Source: Octopus bimaculoides (taxonomy: Eukaryota). From it: 64,000 nt of DNA. Positions 63,623 through 64,000 of this stretch are shown here, in pieces (positions within the stretch are counted from its first letter, which is position 1; every line of letters begins with the position of its first letter). The notes below the pieces were generated by a model that saw only the letters and a program-made list of their open reading frames with translations, had not been told where the DNA came from and made no database searches. The translations under genes were made by a program, and so were the position numbers. The stretch lies in the NCBI RefSeq assembly GCF_001194135.2, contig NC_068999.1, forward strand, positions 31,250,395 through 31,314,394, given 5' to 3'.

Positions 63623-64000
63623 TGGACAGAGATTTAGAGACAAGTTATTTGAAGCATTTGACGAAATAGAAGGGGATATAGCATCATACAACGTGGAAGA
63701 CAATTGGAGATTTCTGCGGGACAACCTGTTGAGAGCCACAGACCAGATCTGTGGCTGGTGTAAAGTCCCCTCTCGACCCAGAGTAACGTGGTGGTGGAAC
63801 AAGGATGTAGACGGGGCTATTAGACAAAAGAAACAGGGAATTCTACCAATCTGCCAGAAGGGAAGCTAGGTGACAGGTTTATTTAGCTAGAGGGGAAGCA
63901 GATAAGAAAAGATTTGCCAATGTTCTGCACCGTGAGGACCAAAGACTCGAGGTATTTCGTGTTGCAAGACAGTGTCTGAGAGAGAATAGTGATGTTGTAG
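63623..64000 (+). mobile_element. RTE LINE internal fragment running off the window
   Basis: Closely matches 11740-12140 ([32 protein letters not shown]). Confidence 0.88.

Overview
Eukaryotic, AT-rich, microsatellite-dense scaffold with 12 N-gaps. The repeat content (tRNA-head SINEs, RTE LINEs with a (GAT)n-type tail, Penelope-like elements, mariners) looks like an octopus/coleoid genome; this is inferred, not searched. Almost the whole window is one minus-strand gene, a Popeye-domain protein (BVES/POPDC-like). I reconstructed 7 coding exons by hand: 61782-61494, 51025-50836, 38476-38354, 34442-34337, 22438-22286, 9586-9409 and 1940-1810. All introns are GT-AG with matching phases, giving 1170 nt and 389 aa. 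The introns hold a near full-length degenerate RTE LINE, RTE fragments, DD34D and DD37D mariners, an internally deleted Helitron, a hAT MITE with TSD, a long-TIR MITE, SINEs and Penelope-like GIY-YIG remnants. The most interesting signals are type I hammerhead-ribozyme motifs in Penelope repeats, including one with an intact core in the sense orientation of the BVES pre-mRNA (17080-17163, minus), and a high density of fold-back structures, including a perfect 112-bp zero-loop palindrome and a perfect 26-bp hairpin. Most ORFs in the supplied track are microsatellite or N-gap artefacts.
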